DNA of 56,001 nt from a virus (IMGVR_UViG_3300020057_000388:1-56001); one strand, 5' to 3'; positions 9,687 through 19,176 are shown, counted from the stretch's first letter. Notes: a model not told the origin generated them from the letters alone. Made by a program: numbers and translations.

Positions 9687-10140
9687 GTTCCCGAGGGGAA
9701 CGAACGGTAAACGCGAGCAGGAGTGCGCCATGCACTGCAACTAGATCGCAAACCATCTGAGATGAACCCGCGGGGCGCCAGGCTGCGAAGCCGGCGCCCC
9801 GCTTGCGTTTCCGACGTCACAAGATGAAGCGACCAAAGGTCAAACGACCGACCCCGACTTCGGTTGAGGTGTCGATCGAGCCAGCCGAACCGGCCAAGCC
9901 GGTGAACGGCGGCAACAGGTCGCTTCTGTCCAGAAATGGGCATGGCAGTAAATCGAAGGGCAATATTCAAGAGCCGCACTAGCGGCCATCGAGCAGGCGG
10001 GACGACCCCGCCGACTACGAAGCGGCCTCGGGCTGCACCCCTTCCGGGGTGCGGTACCGGGGCCGTCGTACTTTTGGCCGGTTGCGCTTCGCGCGCGCGG
10101 CAACGGCGTCGTCACTGGCGCCGCATCTTCAAGTGCGCCC
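9687..10140 (+). ncRNA. Candidate large structured RNA (unclassified)
   Basis: Nested long-range helices and GNRA/cUUCGg-capped hairpins between the promoter and the SD of the GT2 gene. Confidence 0.55.
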
Positions 10141-10151
10141 GAGGAGCCTTC

Positions 10152-10769
10152 GTGGACCTGCTGCCTACCCTAACGATCGTCACGCCGGTGACGCGCGTCG
10201 CGAACCTGCCCGAAATCGGGCGGTCGATCGCGACTGCGCTGCGCAATGCCGGCGAGGACATGCCGATAGTGTGGTGGCGGTCGCTCGCATCGTTCCTCAT
10301 CGTCGATGATGTCACGCAGACTGATCGCGCCTTGCCGTTCCTCTGCCGCATGACGCGCTGCCATGTAACGGGCCGCGTCGGCTCGGCAGAGCGTAGCGAC
10401 GTGCTCGACCGCCTTGCCGGCGGATACGTCTGCTTCCTCGACGACGACACCACGATGCACCCCGAGTATCTGGCGACCGTCGCGCACTACATGCGCACGA
10501 AGCCAGGGCACGCCATCGTTGTCGATCAAGTCGACGCCGCGGGGAACCTGCGGTGCATCGCTGCGCCGGATCGTGTGCAGCCCTGCATGATCGACACGGG
10601 ACAGTGCTGCGTGCCGTTCGACTTGATCGGCGAGCTGCGGTGGAACCGCGATCGCTACGAATGCGACGGGGAGTTTTACCAAGCGGTGTACCAACGCCAT
10701 CCGGCGCGGTTCGTGTTCGTCAATCGCACGCTCTCGATCTACAACGGCATTCCGGCGTGCGACTCGTAG
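10152..10769 (+). CDS. Glycosyltransferase family 2 (GT-A)
   Basis: LTIVTP N-terminus, VCFLDDD motif, CDGEF; GAGGAG SD before GTG at 10152. Confidence 0.8.
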   Translation: MDLLPTLTIVTPVTRVANLPEIGRSIATALRNAGEDMPIVWWRSLASFLIVDDVTQTDRALPFLCRMTRCHVTGRVGSAERSDVLDRLAGGYVCFLDDDTTMHPEYLATVAHYMRTKPGHAIVVDQVDAAGNLRCIAAPDRVQPCMIDTGQCCVPFDLIGELRWNRDRYECDGEFYQAVYQRHPARFVFVNRTLSIYNGIPACDS

Positions 10770-11563
10770 CCGGTGGTCCGGGCCTTGGCGATGCCATGGT
10801 CCTTTCCGCGGTGGCGCACGAGATCCGCCGCCAGCGTCCATCGGAACCGATCACCCTCGCTGTCGCCTACCCTGAGCTGTACGTCGGCAATCTCGACGTG
10901 ATGACTGAGCCATGGTCGCCGAGCTCGCCGCGCACGTTCGCGGCGCTCGACGACATGAACACCACGGGCGGTGAGCATCAGGTCACGTTCATGTGTCGGC
11001 AGCTCGGGCTTGAGCCGCCGACGACGATTCAGCAACGCGCATATTTCATGGTGGGTGAGGGTGGCGAATCGCCCCCCTTCCCGCGGTACGTGACGGTCCA
11101 GTCGAGCGCAGGGCCGTGGGCAGGAAACACGAAGCGATGGCCGGCGCAGGACTGGCGCGAGCTGGTCGCCCGCCTCGCGAGCGATGGGCGCGTCAAGGTG
11201 GTGCAGGTCGGGTCGACTGACGACCCGGACGTCGGCGCCGACATCGACGCGCGCGGCTGGCCGGTTCGGCTCAGCATGCGCCTGCTGGCCGATGCGCGCT
11301 GTCACGTCGGACCGATCTCTGGGCCGATGCACCTCGCGAACGCCGTGCGGACGCGATCGGTGATCGTAGCCGGGGGCCGCGAGCAGCGCGAGGTAGTCGG
11401 ATACGTCGGTGACGTGTGGGTCGAGAAACGCGTGGCCTGCTCGCCGTGCTGGCTGACCAGCTGTCCCGTCGAGAACGGCAACAAGATCGCCCCGTGCTTC
11501 TCGGCGATCTCGGTTTTTGAGGTCTTGGAAGCGGTCAACATGGTCCTGGAAGGGGCAGCGTGA
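10757..11563 (+). CDS. Glycosyltransferase family 9 (heptosyltransferase-like)
   Basis: GLGDAM, KRWP, GPISGPMHLANAV, CSPC motifs. Confidence 0.85.
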   Translation: MRLVAGGPGLGDAMVLSAVAHEIRRQRPSEPITLAVAYPELYVGNLDVMTEPWSPSSPRTFAALDDMNTTGGEHQVTFMCRQLGLEPPTTIQQRAYFMVGEGGESPPFPRYVTVQSSAGPWAGNTKRWPAQDWRELVARLASDGRVKVVQVGSTDDPDVGADIDARGWPVRLSMRLLADARCHVGPISGPMHLANAVRTRSVIVAGGREQREVVGYVGDVWVEKRVACSPCWLTSCPVENGNKIAPCFSAISVFEVLEAVNMVLEGAA

Positions 11564-12255
11564 GCGAGACGGTTCAGTCAACCGAGATCATCGACGGCGT
11601 GTCGCTCGTCGTGCATGACAGCGCGGGCGCTGGCTCGACGCTCGGCGTCGTCAAGGAGCTGCGCGAAGATTGCTACGGCGTCCGCGAGCTGAACCTGCAG
11701 CCCGGTGACGTCGTCGTCGACATCGGCGCGCACACTGGCGCGTTCGCCTGCTTCCTCGCGCTCCGCTACGGCGTGCGTGCCTATAGCTACGAGCCCGCCG
11801 CCGACAATTTCCGCCACCTGCAGCTGACCATCGCGGCCAACGGTGTCGCCGATCTCGTCGAGCCGCATCATGCTGGCGTGAGCAGTGACGGCCGCGCGGT
11901 CCGGGTCGTAACGCCGAGCTATAACACCGGCGGCGGAAGTAGTTTCTACGTCGGCGACCCGAGCGGACACCTCGTCAGCGAAGCACCATCAACCACGCTA
12001 GACGCCATCTTCGAGCGGTACGCGATCGAGCGCTGTGCGCTGCTCAAGGTCGATTGCGAGGGGATGGAATTCGAGGTGCTGCGGACGTTCGCCGCATGGG
12101 CGAGCGTCGCCAACCTCGGCATGGAAGTGCACGACTTCGGCGACATTCCTGACCGAGACGTGCCGGGCCCGCTGAAGCTGTGTGCGTCACGTGTCAGCGG
12201 TCAGGTGCGCACGGTCGTGATCGCGTCACCGCATAACGGTTTCGAGTGGACGTGA
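11560..12255 (+). CDS. FkbM-family methyltransferase
   Basis: VVDIGAHTG, YEP, LLKVDCEGMEFEVL. Confidence 0.9.
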   Translation: MSETVQSTEIIDGVSLVVHDSAGAGSTLGVVKELREDCYGVRELNLQPGDVVVDIGAHTGAFACFLALRYGVRAYSYEPAADNFRHLQLTIAANGVADLVEPHHAGVSSDGRAVRVVTPSYNTGGGSSFYVGDPSGHLVSEAPSTTLDAIFERYAIERCALLKVDCEGMEFEVLRTFAAWASVANLGMEVHDFGDIPDRDVPGPLKLCASRVSGQVRTVVIASPHNGFEWT

Positions 12256-12265
12256 GGGGGTCGGG

Positions 12266-12883
12266 ATGCTGAAGCGGTTCGGACTCATTACGGCGGTCGA
12301 TGCAACCGCGATCGCGCACTCGTTGCTCGCGGTTGCGAAACAGTTCGCGGGTACGACGCTGAACCTCTGCGAAATCGGTATTTGCCACGGCGAAACCTCG
12401 CGCGGCATGGCCGAGTTCCTGACCGACCGCGGCATCGCATTTGACTACGTCGGCGTCGACAACGGCCGCGATGGTGCAGGCGGTGCTGTGTGCGCTGACG
12501 TGCCGCCGTTCGCTGGCGCGCGCGTGGTGCAGGGCGAGTCGAGTCACGTCTACATCGAAGTTTCCAACGGGCTGCATTTCCTGTTCGTCGACGGCGGACA
12601 CGACATCAATCACGTGATGCTCGATGCGTTGCACTACGGCGACAAGGTTCTGCCGGGCGGACGCATGATCCTGCATGACGCGTCGCCGCTGGCACAGAAC
12701 AAATGCGACTGGCAGGGCACGGGTCCGAAGCACCACCCCGATTTCGGCACGGCCACGCTCGAAGCCATTCGCAAACTCGGAATGCTGCCGATGCTGCGGC
12801 CCGACTGGCGCATCGTGGAACATACGTACGACCCGGCCCTCGACTACGGCGGTGTCATCGTGTTCGAGCGCGTGGCGATCTAA
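12266..12883 (+). CDS. Class I SAM methyltransferase (Methyltransf_24-like)
   Basis: EIGICHGET, LFVDGGH, PGGRMILHD. Confidence 0.85.
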   Translation: MLKRFGLITAVDATAIAHSLLAVAKQFAGTTLNLCEIGICHGETSRGMAEFLTDRGIAFDYVGVDNGRDGAGGAVCADVPPFAGARVVQGESSHVYIEVSNGLHFLFVDGGHDINHVMLDALHYGDKVLPGGRMILHDASPLAQNKCDWQGTGPKHHPDFGTATLEAIRKLGMLPMLRPDWRIVEHTYDPALDYGGVIVFERVAI

Positions 12884-12886
12884 GCC

Positions 12887-13693
12887 GTGCGCCTATTTCT
12901 GCGCGGTTCGCTCGGCGACGAGGTCGCCATGACGGCCACGGTGCGCGCGCTGCGGGCCTTCCGCCCGAGCGAGCGTGTGACGGTGGACGTCCGACGGCCC
13001 GAGCTGTTCGAGAGCAATCCTCACCTCGAAGGCGGATGGGAAGATGACGGCACCGTCGTTGTTCTGCCGCTCGGTGGGTACGCCGGCCAGCACATGGCCG
13101 ACTCGTACGCCCACGCCTGCGGCATCGACCACGCCTCGCCAATGTACGAGCAGCTGCAGTGCCGTGAGCCTCAGATATTCCTGACCACCGCCGAGCGCGC
13201 GACAGCCAAGGCGCTCGACAATCCTCACGGCGCGGTTGCCGTCGACGCATGGGCCGGATGGCCGAGCCGGCGCTGGCCGCGCGCTTCGTGGGAACGGCTC
13301 GTCGCTGCGTTGTCGGATGAGCTCGTGCCAGTCATCGAAGTCGGCGCGACGGTGCCTGACTGCAACGGTGGTCGCCGCAATAGCCCGCTGCCGCAAACGG
13401 ACGCGAGCTACCTCGACCAGCTGACGATCCGCGAAACCGCGGCCGTGCTCGAACGCTGCGCGCTGTACGTCGGCAACGACTCGGGCCTGATGCACGTCGC
13501 TGCTGCAGTTGACTGCCCGCAAGTCATCGTGTTCGGCGCCATGCCGTCGGCCGTCCGAGCGTACGCCAGCACGACGGCCGCGAATCCGGGCGACCCGTGT
13601 GGCTGCGCTGAGCACTGCATGGCGCAGCCGCAGTGCCCGCTGCGCGTCACGGTCAAGTCGGTTCTCGGAACCGTCCTGCAGCGGCTCTCGTAG
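12887..13693 (+). CDS. Glycosyltransferase family 9 (heptosyltransferase-like)
   Basis: SLGD, NPHL, RRWP, YVGNDSGLMHVAAAV. Confidence 0.9.
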   Translation: MRLFLRGSLGDEVAMTATVRALRAFRPSERVTVDVRRPELFESNPHLEGGWEDDGTVVVLPLGGYAGQHMADSYAHACGIDHASPMYEQLQCREPQIFLTTAERATAKALDNPHGAVAVDAWAGWPSRRWPRASWERLVAALSDELVPVIEVGATVPDCNGGRRNSPLPQTDASYLDQLTIRETAAVLERCALYVGNDSGLMHVAAAVDCPQVIVFGAMPSAVRAYASTTAANPGDPCGCAEHCMAQPQCPLRVTVKSVLGTVLQRLS

Positions 13694-13720
13694 TTCACTT
13701 CCACAAGATCGGAACCAGTC

Positions 13721-13945
13721 ATGTCCGTTATCACTCGCGACGGTGGCATCGAAGCAACCGAAGCGCACCTCATTCTCGAATCTGCGATGGCGCGACTCAC
13801 GTTCGACGAGCGCCGCGTGGTCGCGCTTCGCATGGAAAACGCATCGTTCTTCGAGATCGCGCAGGAGCTGAACGTGCGCCCGGATTCGGCACGCGCGCTG
13901 TACGAGACGGCGCGCACAAAGCTGGCGTCGATCATCGGCGAGTAA
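13721..13945 (+). CDS. Sigma-70 region 4-like HTH protein
   Basis: LTFDERRVVALR...SFFEIAQELNV...ARTKL. Confidence 0.7.
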   Translation: MSVITRDGGIEATEAHLILESAMARLTFDERRVVALRMENASFFEIAQELNVRPDSARALYETARTKLASIIGE

Positions 13946-13955
13946 GGGGGGTTCT

Positions 13956-14150
13956 ATGTTTGGGAAGCTGCGGAGGTGGTTCGGGGGAACCCCGACGGGT
14001 GAAGCTGCCCGTCGCGAGCTGGTGATCGACGCCCGTATTCGGGACAACCGCGCCCATGGCGTGCGGCGGAAGGCGTCGCGGAATGCGTTCCGCAAGGCCA
14101 AGCGCCAAGCGCAGCGACGCGCACGACGCGTCACGCGGCACGCGCGATGA
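13956..14150 (+). CDS. Small basic hypothetical protein
   Basis: G-rich SD, operon packing. Confidence 0.45.
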   Translation: MFGKLRRWFGGTPTGEAARRELVIDARIRDNRAHGVRRKASRNAFRKAKRQAQRRARRVTRHAR

Positions 14151-14332
14151 TCGAGCTGCGGCTGCAGGACGAGAACGGCAATGGCATCGCGCTGACCGAG
14201 GCAGACAAGGGCGGTGCGCAGCTGACCGTATTCGGCGGCAGCGACAGCGTCATCGTGCGCCTCACGCGCCGGCAAGTCGATGCGCTCGCGCAGGGCGCTG
14301 AGTCAATCGCGGACGGCTCACTGCTCGACTGA
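14147..14332 (+). CDS. Hypothetical protein
   Basis: ATGA overlap with upstream gene. Confidence 0.5.
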   Translation: MIELRLQDENGNGIALTEADKGGAQLTVFGGSDSVIVRLTRRQVDALAQGAESIADGSLLD

Positions 14333-14368
14333 GCAGTGACATCACAAAACAAAATCGAGGGGGCTGGT

Positions 14369-15094
14369 ATGGCAAAGCGGGCAGCGGGGAGCGAGGTTGT
14401 GGTGGTCGAGGCTGACATGGTGGACCCGGACGACATCGCCCCTGGTCTCGAGGACGTGGACCTGACCAAGATTCGCACGGTGTCGGGTCTGCGCGAGATC
14501 GGCACCGAGCTGCAGGCTGACGTCCGCGGCTTGCTCGACGAAGTCGACGACCTGACGGACACCGTCGAGTCGCGCGAGGCAACGCTGGCTGCGTACAAGA
14601 GCGTGGCCTGTGACTGGCAGACGACGGCCGAGCAGGCGCAGAGCAACGCCGAGCGTGCGAACCTGACGTCGGTGCAAGCGCTCTCGCTCCGCGACGAAGC
14701 GATGCGCGAGCTACGCGGTGCGCGCTCGCTGTTTATGTCGATCTTGCGCGCCAAGTCCGAGGTGGGTCCCCGGCTGCTTGCGGATCTTCGCGTCGCCAGG
14801 GCGAACGAAGCGGCCTGCGCGGCCTACGCGAAAACGGCCGAATCTGTCAACCACGGCCTTGCGGCCCGCGTGCTGGAGATGGAAGCGGAAGTCGGTGCGA
14901 AGGCCGACGAATTGGCCGAGTGCCAGCATAAGGTCAACGCCGCGCTCGAATCGCGTGACGTCGCTCGCGCGCTACGCGACGACTTGCGCCAGGACGTCGC
15001 GAACCTGAAGTATCGTCTGGTGCCGCTCGTAGCCATCATCGGCGCAGCCATCGGCGGTTCGATCGCGGGCACCATCGCGTCGCTGCTGCGGTAG
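14369..15094 (+). CDS. Coiled-coil protein with C-terminal transmembrane helix
   Basis: Ala/Leu/Glu heptads, hydrophobic C-terminus, GAGGGG SD. Confidence 0.7.
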   Translation: MAKRAAGSEVVVVEADMVDPDDIAPGLEDVDLTKIRTVSGLREIGTELQADVRGLLDEVDDLTDTVESREATLAAYKSVACDWQTTAEQAQSNAERANLTSVQALSLRDEAMRELRGARSLFMSILRAKSEVGPRLLADLRVARANEAACAAYAKTAESVNHGLAARVLEMEAEVGAKADELAECQHKVNAALESRDVARALRDDLRQDVANLKYRLVPLVAIIGAAIGGSIAGTIASLLR

Positions 15095-15098
15095 GTCA

Positions 15099-17849
15099 TT
15101 GACGCCCGACCTGATCACGCGCATCAAGGCGCTGCTGGACGACCCCAAGAGCAAACACGCCAAAGCCTTCGCCGAATTTCTGGCCGGTTTGCAGCACAAC
15201 CTCAACCCCGCCGTCAGCCGTGACGACGCGATCGAGATGCTCGCGCAGCACCTCATCACCGGGCCGGTGTTCAACGCGCTGTTCGGCAACTACCAGTTCA
15301 CGCAACACAACCCCGTCTCGCAGGCCATGGGGAAGATGCTGCAATTGCTCGACGAGCAAGCCATCGGGAAGGAAGCCGAAACCCTCGACAAGTTCTACGA
15401 AGCCGTAAAAAGAAAAGTCGAAGGCGTCGACGACGCCGAAGGCCGCCAGACCGTCATCAAAACGCTCTACGATGAGTTCTTCAACAAGGCCTTTCCCCGC
15501 ATGGCCGAGCGGCTGGGCATCGTCTACACGCCCGTCGAAGTCGTCGACTTCATCATCCACAGCGTTCAGGACGTTTTACGCGACGAGTTCAACAGCGGAC
15601 TGGGCGAAAAAGACGTCCACATTATCGACCCCTTCACCGGCACCGGCACGTTCCTCGTCCGTCTGCTCCAGTCCGGCCTCATCCCGCCCGACAAGCTGCT
15701 GCACAAATACAAACACGAGATGCACGCCAACGAAATCGTCCTGCTCGCCTACTACATCGCCGCCATCAACATCGAAGAAACCTTCCACGGCCTGCGAAGC
15801 CAAGGCGCGAGCCTGGCCGAAGGCAAGGGCAAGGACGACTACATCCCCTTCGACGGCATCTGCCTGACCGACACGTTCCAACTCTACGAATCCGGCCAAC
15901 AACAATTCGAAGGCACCTTCCCCGAAAACTCCGCCCGCGTGAAACGCCAGAAAGCCAGCCCGATTCGCGTGGTCATCGCGAACCCGCCGTACTCCGCGCT
16001 ACAGAACAGTGAGAACGACGGAAACAAGAACCTCAAATACGAATCGTTGGACGACCGCATCCGTGCGACGTACGCGGAAAGGTCAAATGCGACGTTGCTG
16101 AACAGTGTCTACGACAGCTATGTCCGCGCCATTCGCTGGGCCAGCGATCGGATCAAGGACCGCGGCGTAATTGGATTTGTCACCAACGGCTCGTACATCG
16201 ACGGTAACGCATTCGATGGCTTGCGTGCTTGCCTGAAAGACGAATTTACATCGATTCTGGTCTTTAACTTGCGCGGAAACCAGCGGACGTCAGGTGAGCT
16301 ATCAAGGCAAGAAGGCGGAAAAATCTTCGGCTCCGGTAGTCGCGCGCCTATCGCCATCACGTTGTTTGTAAAGAACCCCGCTAAGAAGGACGGTTGCACA
16401 GTCCGGTACCACGACATCGGCGACTACCTCAGCCGCGAAAAAAAGCTCGCGCTCGTTAAGAGTTTCGCGAGCGTTTCGGGAATCGAAAACGCAGGGAAGT
16501 GGAGAGAGATTGAGCCCAATAGCGACAATGACTGGATCAACCAGAGAGACGAAGCCTTTTCGACTTTCGATGAATTGGGCCAGACCGACGCGATTTCAAA
16601 GGTTGTATTCTTTGAAGACTACTCAAGCGGCGTAATCACCAACCGCGACGCATGGTGCTACAACTTCTCGCAGAAAGTATTGCGGTCGAACATGTCCGAC
16701 ATGATCGACTTCTTCAATTCTGAAGTGAAACGATTCAAAAACTCCAACGTTCCCACTACCCCGAAGGAGCGGTTAGAGGCCGTTGACGATTTCATTGAGA
16801 TCGACCTCAAGAAGATCAGTTGGACGCGAGAGGTAAAACAGGATTTGGCGAGAGGAAAAGCGGGCAAATTCCATTCGGACGCTGTTCGCCAGTCGATGTA
16901 TCGTCCGTATTCAAAGCAGTGGATGTACTTCGACCGCCAATTCAATAACTGCGTCTACCAAATTCCGAAGATCTACCCGACTGCGAACTCCAAAAACCTC
17001 TCAATCATGGTGTCCGGCATCGGCGCTTCGAAAGAATTCTCCGCGTTGATAACCAATTGCACGCCCAACCGGCATTTGCACGATACAGGACAGTGTTACC
17101 CGCTCTATCTCTATGAACCCGCCGAAGATTCCGGCAATCTCAACCTCGGTAAAAGCGAAGGTGAGGTCATCGACGGCTATCGCCGTCGGGACGCGATCAC
17201 GGATGCGATCCTGAAGACGTTCCGGGCCGCGTACGGGAAGGACGTGGGCAAGCAGGACATCTTCTATTACGTCTACGGCGTGCTGCATTCCCCCGAGTAC
17301 CGCACCCGCTTCGCGGCGGACTTGAAGAAGATGCTGCCGCGCATCCCGCTGACGAAAGAAACCAAGGATTTCAAAACCTTCTCCGACTCCGGCCGGAAGC
17401 TGGCGGAATGGCACTTGAACTATGAGACGGTGCCGACCTGGCCGGTGGAGGAGATTCACGACAAGCTCGATCTGGGGTTGCCCGAGACCTATAAGGTCGA
17501 CAAGATGCGATTCGAACGCCCGAGCGCCGAGCAGAAGGCCGCGGGGGCGAAGTGGGACAAGACCCGCATCATCTATAACAGCCACCTGACGATCTCGAAG
17601 ATTCCGCTGGAGGCGTACGACTACATCGTGAACGGCAAGCCTGCGATCGAATGGATTATCGAACGCTATCAATTCACGCGGGACAAGGACAGCGGGATTG
17701 TGAATGACCCGAACGACTGGTGTAAGGAACACAACCAGCCGAGGTATATTGTGGATTTGATCGGGCGGGTGGTGCGGGTGAGTGTGGAGACGATGAAGAT
17801 CGTGAACCGATTGCCGATGTTGAATGAGAGAAAAGAGCGGGCGGGTTAA
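15099..17849 (+). CDS. Type ISP restriction-modification enzyme, N-terminally truncated (N6-adenine MTase + TRD only)
   Basis: RLGIVYTPVEVVDFI, DPFTGTGTF, NPPY, NLRGNQRTSGE, YVYGVLHSPEYR, VNGKPAIEWI; nuclease and SF2 helicase domains missing. Confidence 0.9.
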   Translation: MTPDLITRIKALLDDPKSKHAKAFAEFLAGLQHNLNPAVSRDDAIEMLAQHLITGPVFNALFGNYQFTQHNPVSQAMGKMLQLLDEQAIGKEAETLDKFYEAVKRKVEGVDDAEGRQTVIKTLYDEFFNKAFPRMAERLGIVYTPVEVVDFIIHSVQDVLRDEFNSGLGEKDVHIIDPFTGTGTFLVRLLQSGLIPPDKLLHKYKHEMHANEIVLLAYYIAAINIEETFHGLRSQGASLAEGKGKDDYIPFDGICLTDTFQLYESGQQQFEGTFPENSARVKRQKASPIRVVIANPPYSALQNSENDGNKNLKYESLDDRIRATYAERSNATLLNSVYDSYVRAIRWASDRIKDRGVIGFVTNGSYIDGNAFDGLRACLKDEFTSILVFNLRGNQRTSGELSRQEGGKIFGSGSRAPIAITLFVKNPAKKDGCTVRYHDIGDYLSREKKLALVKSFASVSGIENAGKWREIEPNSDNDWINQRDEAFSTFDELGQTDAISKVVFFEDYSSGVITNRDAWCYNFSQKVLRSNMSDMIDFFNSEVKRFKNSNVPTTPKERLEAVDDFIEIDLKKISWTREVKQDLARGKAGKFHSDAVRQSMYRPYSKQWMYFDRQFNNCVYQIPKIYPTANSKNLSIMVSGIGASKEFSALITNCTPNRHLHDTGQCYPLYLYEPAEDSGNLNLGKSEGEVIDGYRRRDAITDAILKTFRAAYGKDVGKQDIFYYVYGVLHSPEYRTRFAADLKKMLPRIPLTKETKDFKTFSDSGRKLAEWHLNYETVPTWPVEEIHDKLDLGLPETYKVDKMRFERPSAEQKAAGAKWDKTRIIYNSHLTISKIPLEAYDYIVNGKPAIEWIIERYQFTRDKDSGIVNDPNDWCKEHNQPRYIVDLIGRVVRVSVETMKIVNRLPMLNERKERAG

Positions 17850-17951
17850 GTGGGGGGTGTTGGAATCCGATGCTGGTGTGGCAACGGCCGTAGCCGTACA
17901 ACCGTGAACGTCCGAGTTTGGCGATTATGTCGACGCAGCGGATAGCGACCT

Positions 17952-18071
17952 CTTTGGAATTGCTGGCTGTATCCAGCGATTGGCTTCTGGTGTAGTTTCG
18001 CGGGTGGCTGTTCGATCGCCACGGCGAACCTCGCCTGGCTGTGGCTCATGTTCTTGTACCGGCGCAACTAG
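17952..18071 (+). pseudogene. 3' remnant of a small membrane-protein gene displaced by the Type ISP insert
   Basis: Startless frame LWNCWLYPAIGFWCSFAGGCSIATANLAWLWLMFLYRRN*. Confidence 0.55.
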
Positions 18072-18101
18072 GCGGCGGATCTTCTCGGTAGGTGGTGGAC
18101 A

Positions 18102-19163
18102 GTGGCGAATCAAGAGGCAGCGCAGGGATTCAAACCGGGGATGTTCTCGCGGCCCGACCGCGTCCACGCGCCTTTGCATGTGGTGTGCACCCTGTTCAAT
18201 TCAGCGCGCTACCGTTCTCGCTGGGATCTCTACGAGCCTTTTGCGAAGATGGTTCACGACGCGGGCGCCGTCCTGCATACGGTCGAGGTCGCGTTCGGGG
18301 ATCGTGACCATGCGGTGCCGGAGTATGCGCCCGCGATGGATTCGGCGACGCCGTCATGGGTGCCGACTCCGCAGCACCAATATACGCGCCTGCGCACCAA
18401 GTCCGAAATCTGGCACAAGGAGTCGTCACAGAATGTCGGCGTGACCCGGCTTCCCCATGACGCCGAGTACATCCTTTTTCTCGACGCCGACGTTCGTTTC
18501 GTTCGGCCGGATTGGGCAGGTGCCATCGTTCAGGCACTGCAACACTACGCGGTGCTGCAGCCGTGGAGTGAAGCACTCGACCTGACGCACGACTTCAGGC
18601 CGCACCAGACACACAAGTCATTCGCGGCGTGTTTTCGCGAGGGCGATCAACGCAACCCCACTGGTCACCGTCCGTACTACGGCGGTCCGGTGCAGCCAGG
18701 CAAAACGCACCTGTGGCATCCGGGTTTCGCGTGGGCGTGGCGCCGGGATGCGCTCGACGCGGTTGGCGGGCAGATTGATTTCGCCATCGCTGGCGCCGGT
18801 GACCATCACCAAGCGCAAGCGCTGATCGGTGAGGTAGACCGATCGTTCCATCCGAAGGCGCACCCCGGCTATGTTCGTCGGTTGCATGAGTGGCAGGCGC
18901 TGGCCGAGCGCGAGATCCGACGCAACATCGGGTTCATCCCTGGCCTCATCACGCATGCTCATCATGGGCCGAAGCGGTCGCGGCAATACTGGCAGCGCTG
19001 GCGCATCCTGGTCGACAACGGATTCAACCCTGACGTTGATCTCAAGCGTGACTGGCAGGGGCTCTATCAGCTCGTCGATGACGGCTCTGCGCGGTCGAGG
19101 AATCTGCGCGACCAGCTGCGGACGTACTTTGCTTCGCGGAACGAAGACGATCCAAACACTTGA
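18102..19163 (+). CDS. GT-A fold glycosyltransferase-like protein
   Basis: IWHKE, FLDAD (DxD), HPGFAWAWRR, GAGDH, HHG motifs. Confidence 0.65.
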   Translation: MANQEAAQGFKPGMFSRPDRVHAPLHVVCTLFNSARYRSRWDLYEPFAKMVHDAGAVLHTVEVAFGDRDHAVPEYAPAMDSATPSWVPTPQHQYTRLRTKSEIWHKESSQNVGVTRLPHDAEYILFLDADVRFVRPDWAGAIVQALQHYAVLQPWSEALDLTHDFRPHQTHKSFAACFREGDQRNPTGHRPYYGGPVQPGKTHLWHPGFAWAWRRDALDAVGGQIDFAIAGAGDHHQAQALIGEVDRSFHPKAHPGYVRRLHEWQALAEREIRRNIGFIPGLITHAHHGPKRSRQYWQRWRILVDNGFNPDVDLKRDWQGLYQLVDDGSARSRNLRDQLRTYFASRNEDDPNT

Positions 19164-19176
19164 CCGCGATGGCCCC

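Noticed and set aside
9687-10140. tRNA, tmRNA, RNase P or group I/II intron
   Set aside because: No T-arm/CCA end, RNase P consensus, group II domain V or paired group I core found by eye, and no split gene flanks it.
9936-10151. 72-codon N-terminal extension of the GT2 ORF
   Set aside because: Low-complexity Arg/Pro/Ala translation; the real SD and GT2 first strand begin at 10152.
12893-14275. 460-aa minus-strand ORF
   Set aside because: Shadow of GT9 and downstream genes.
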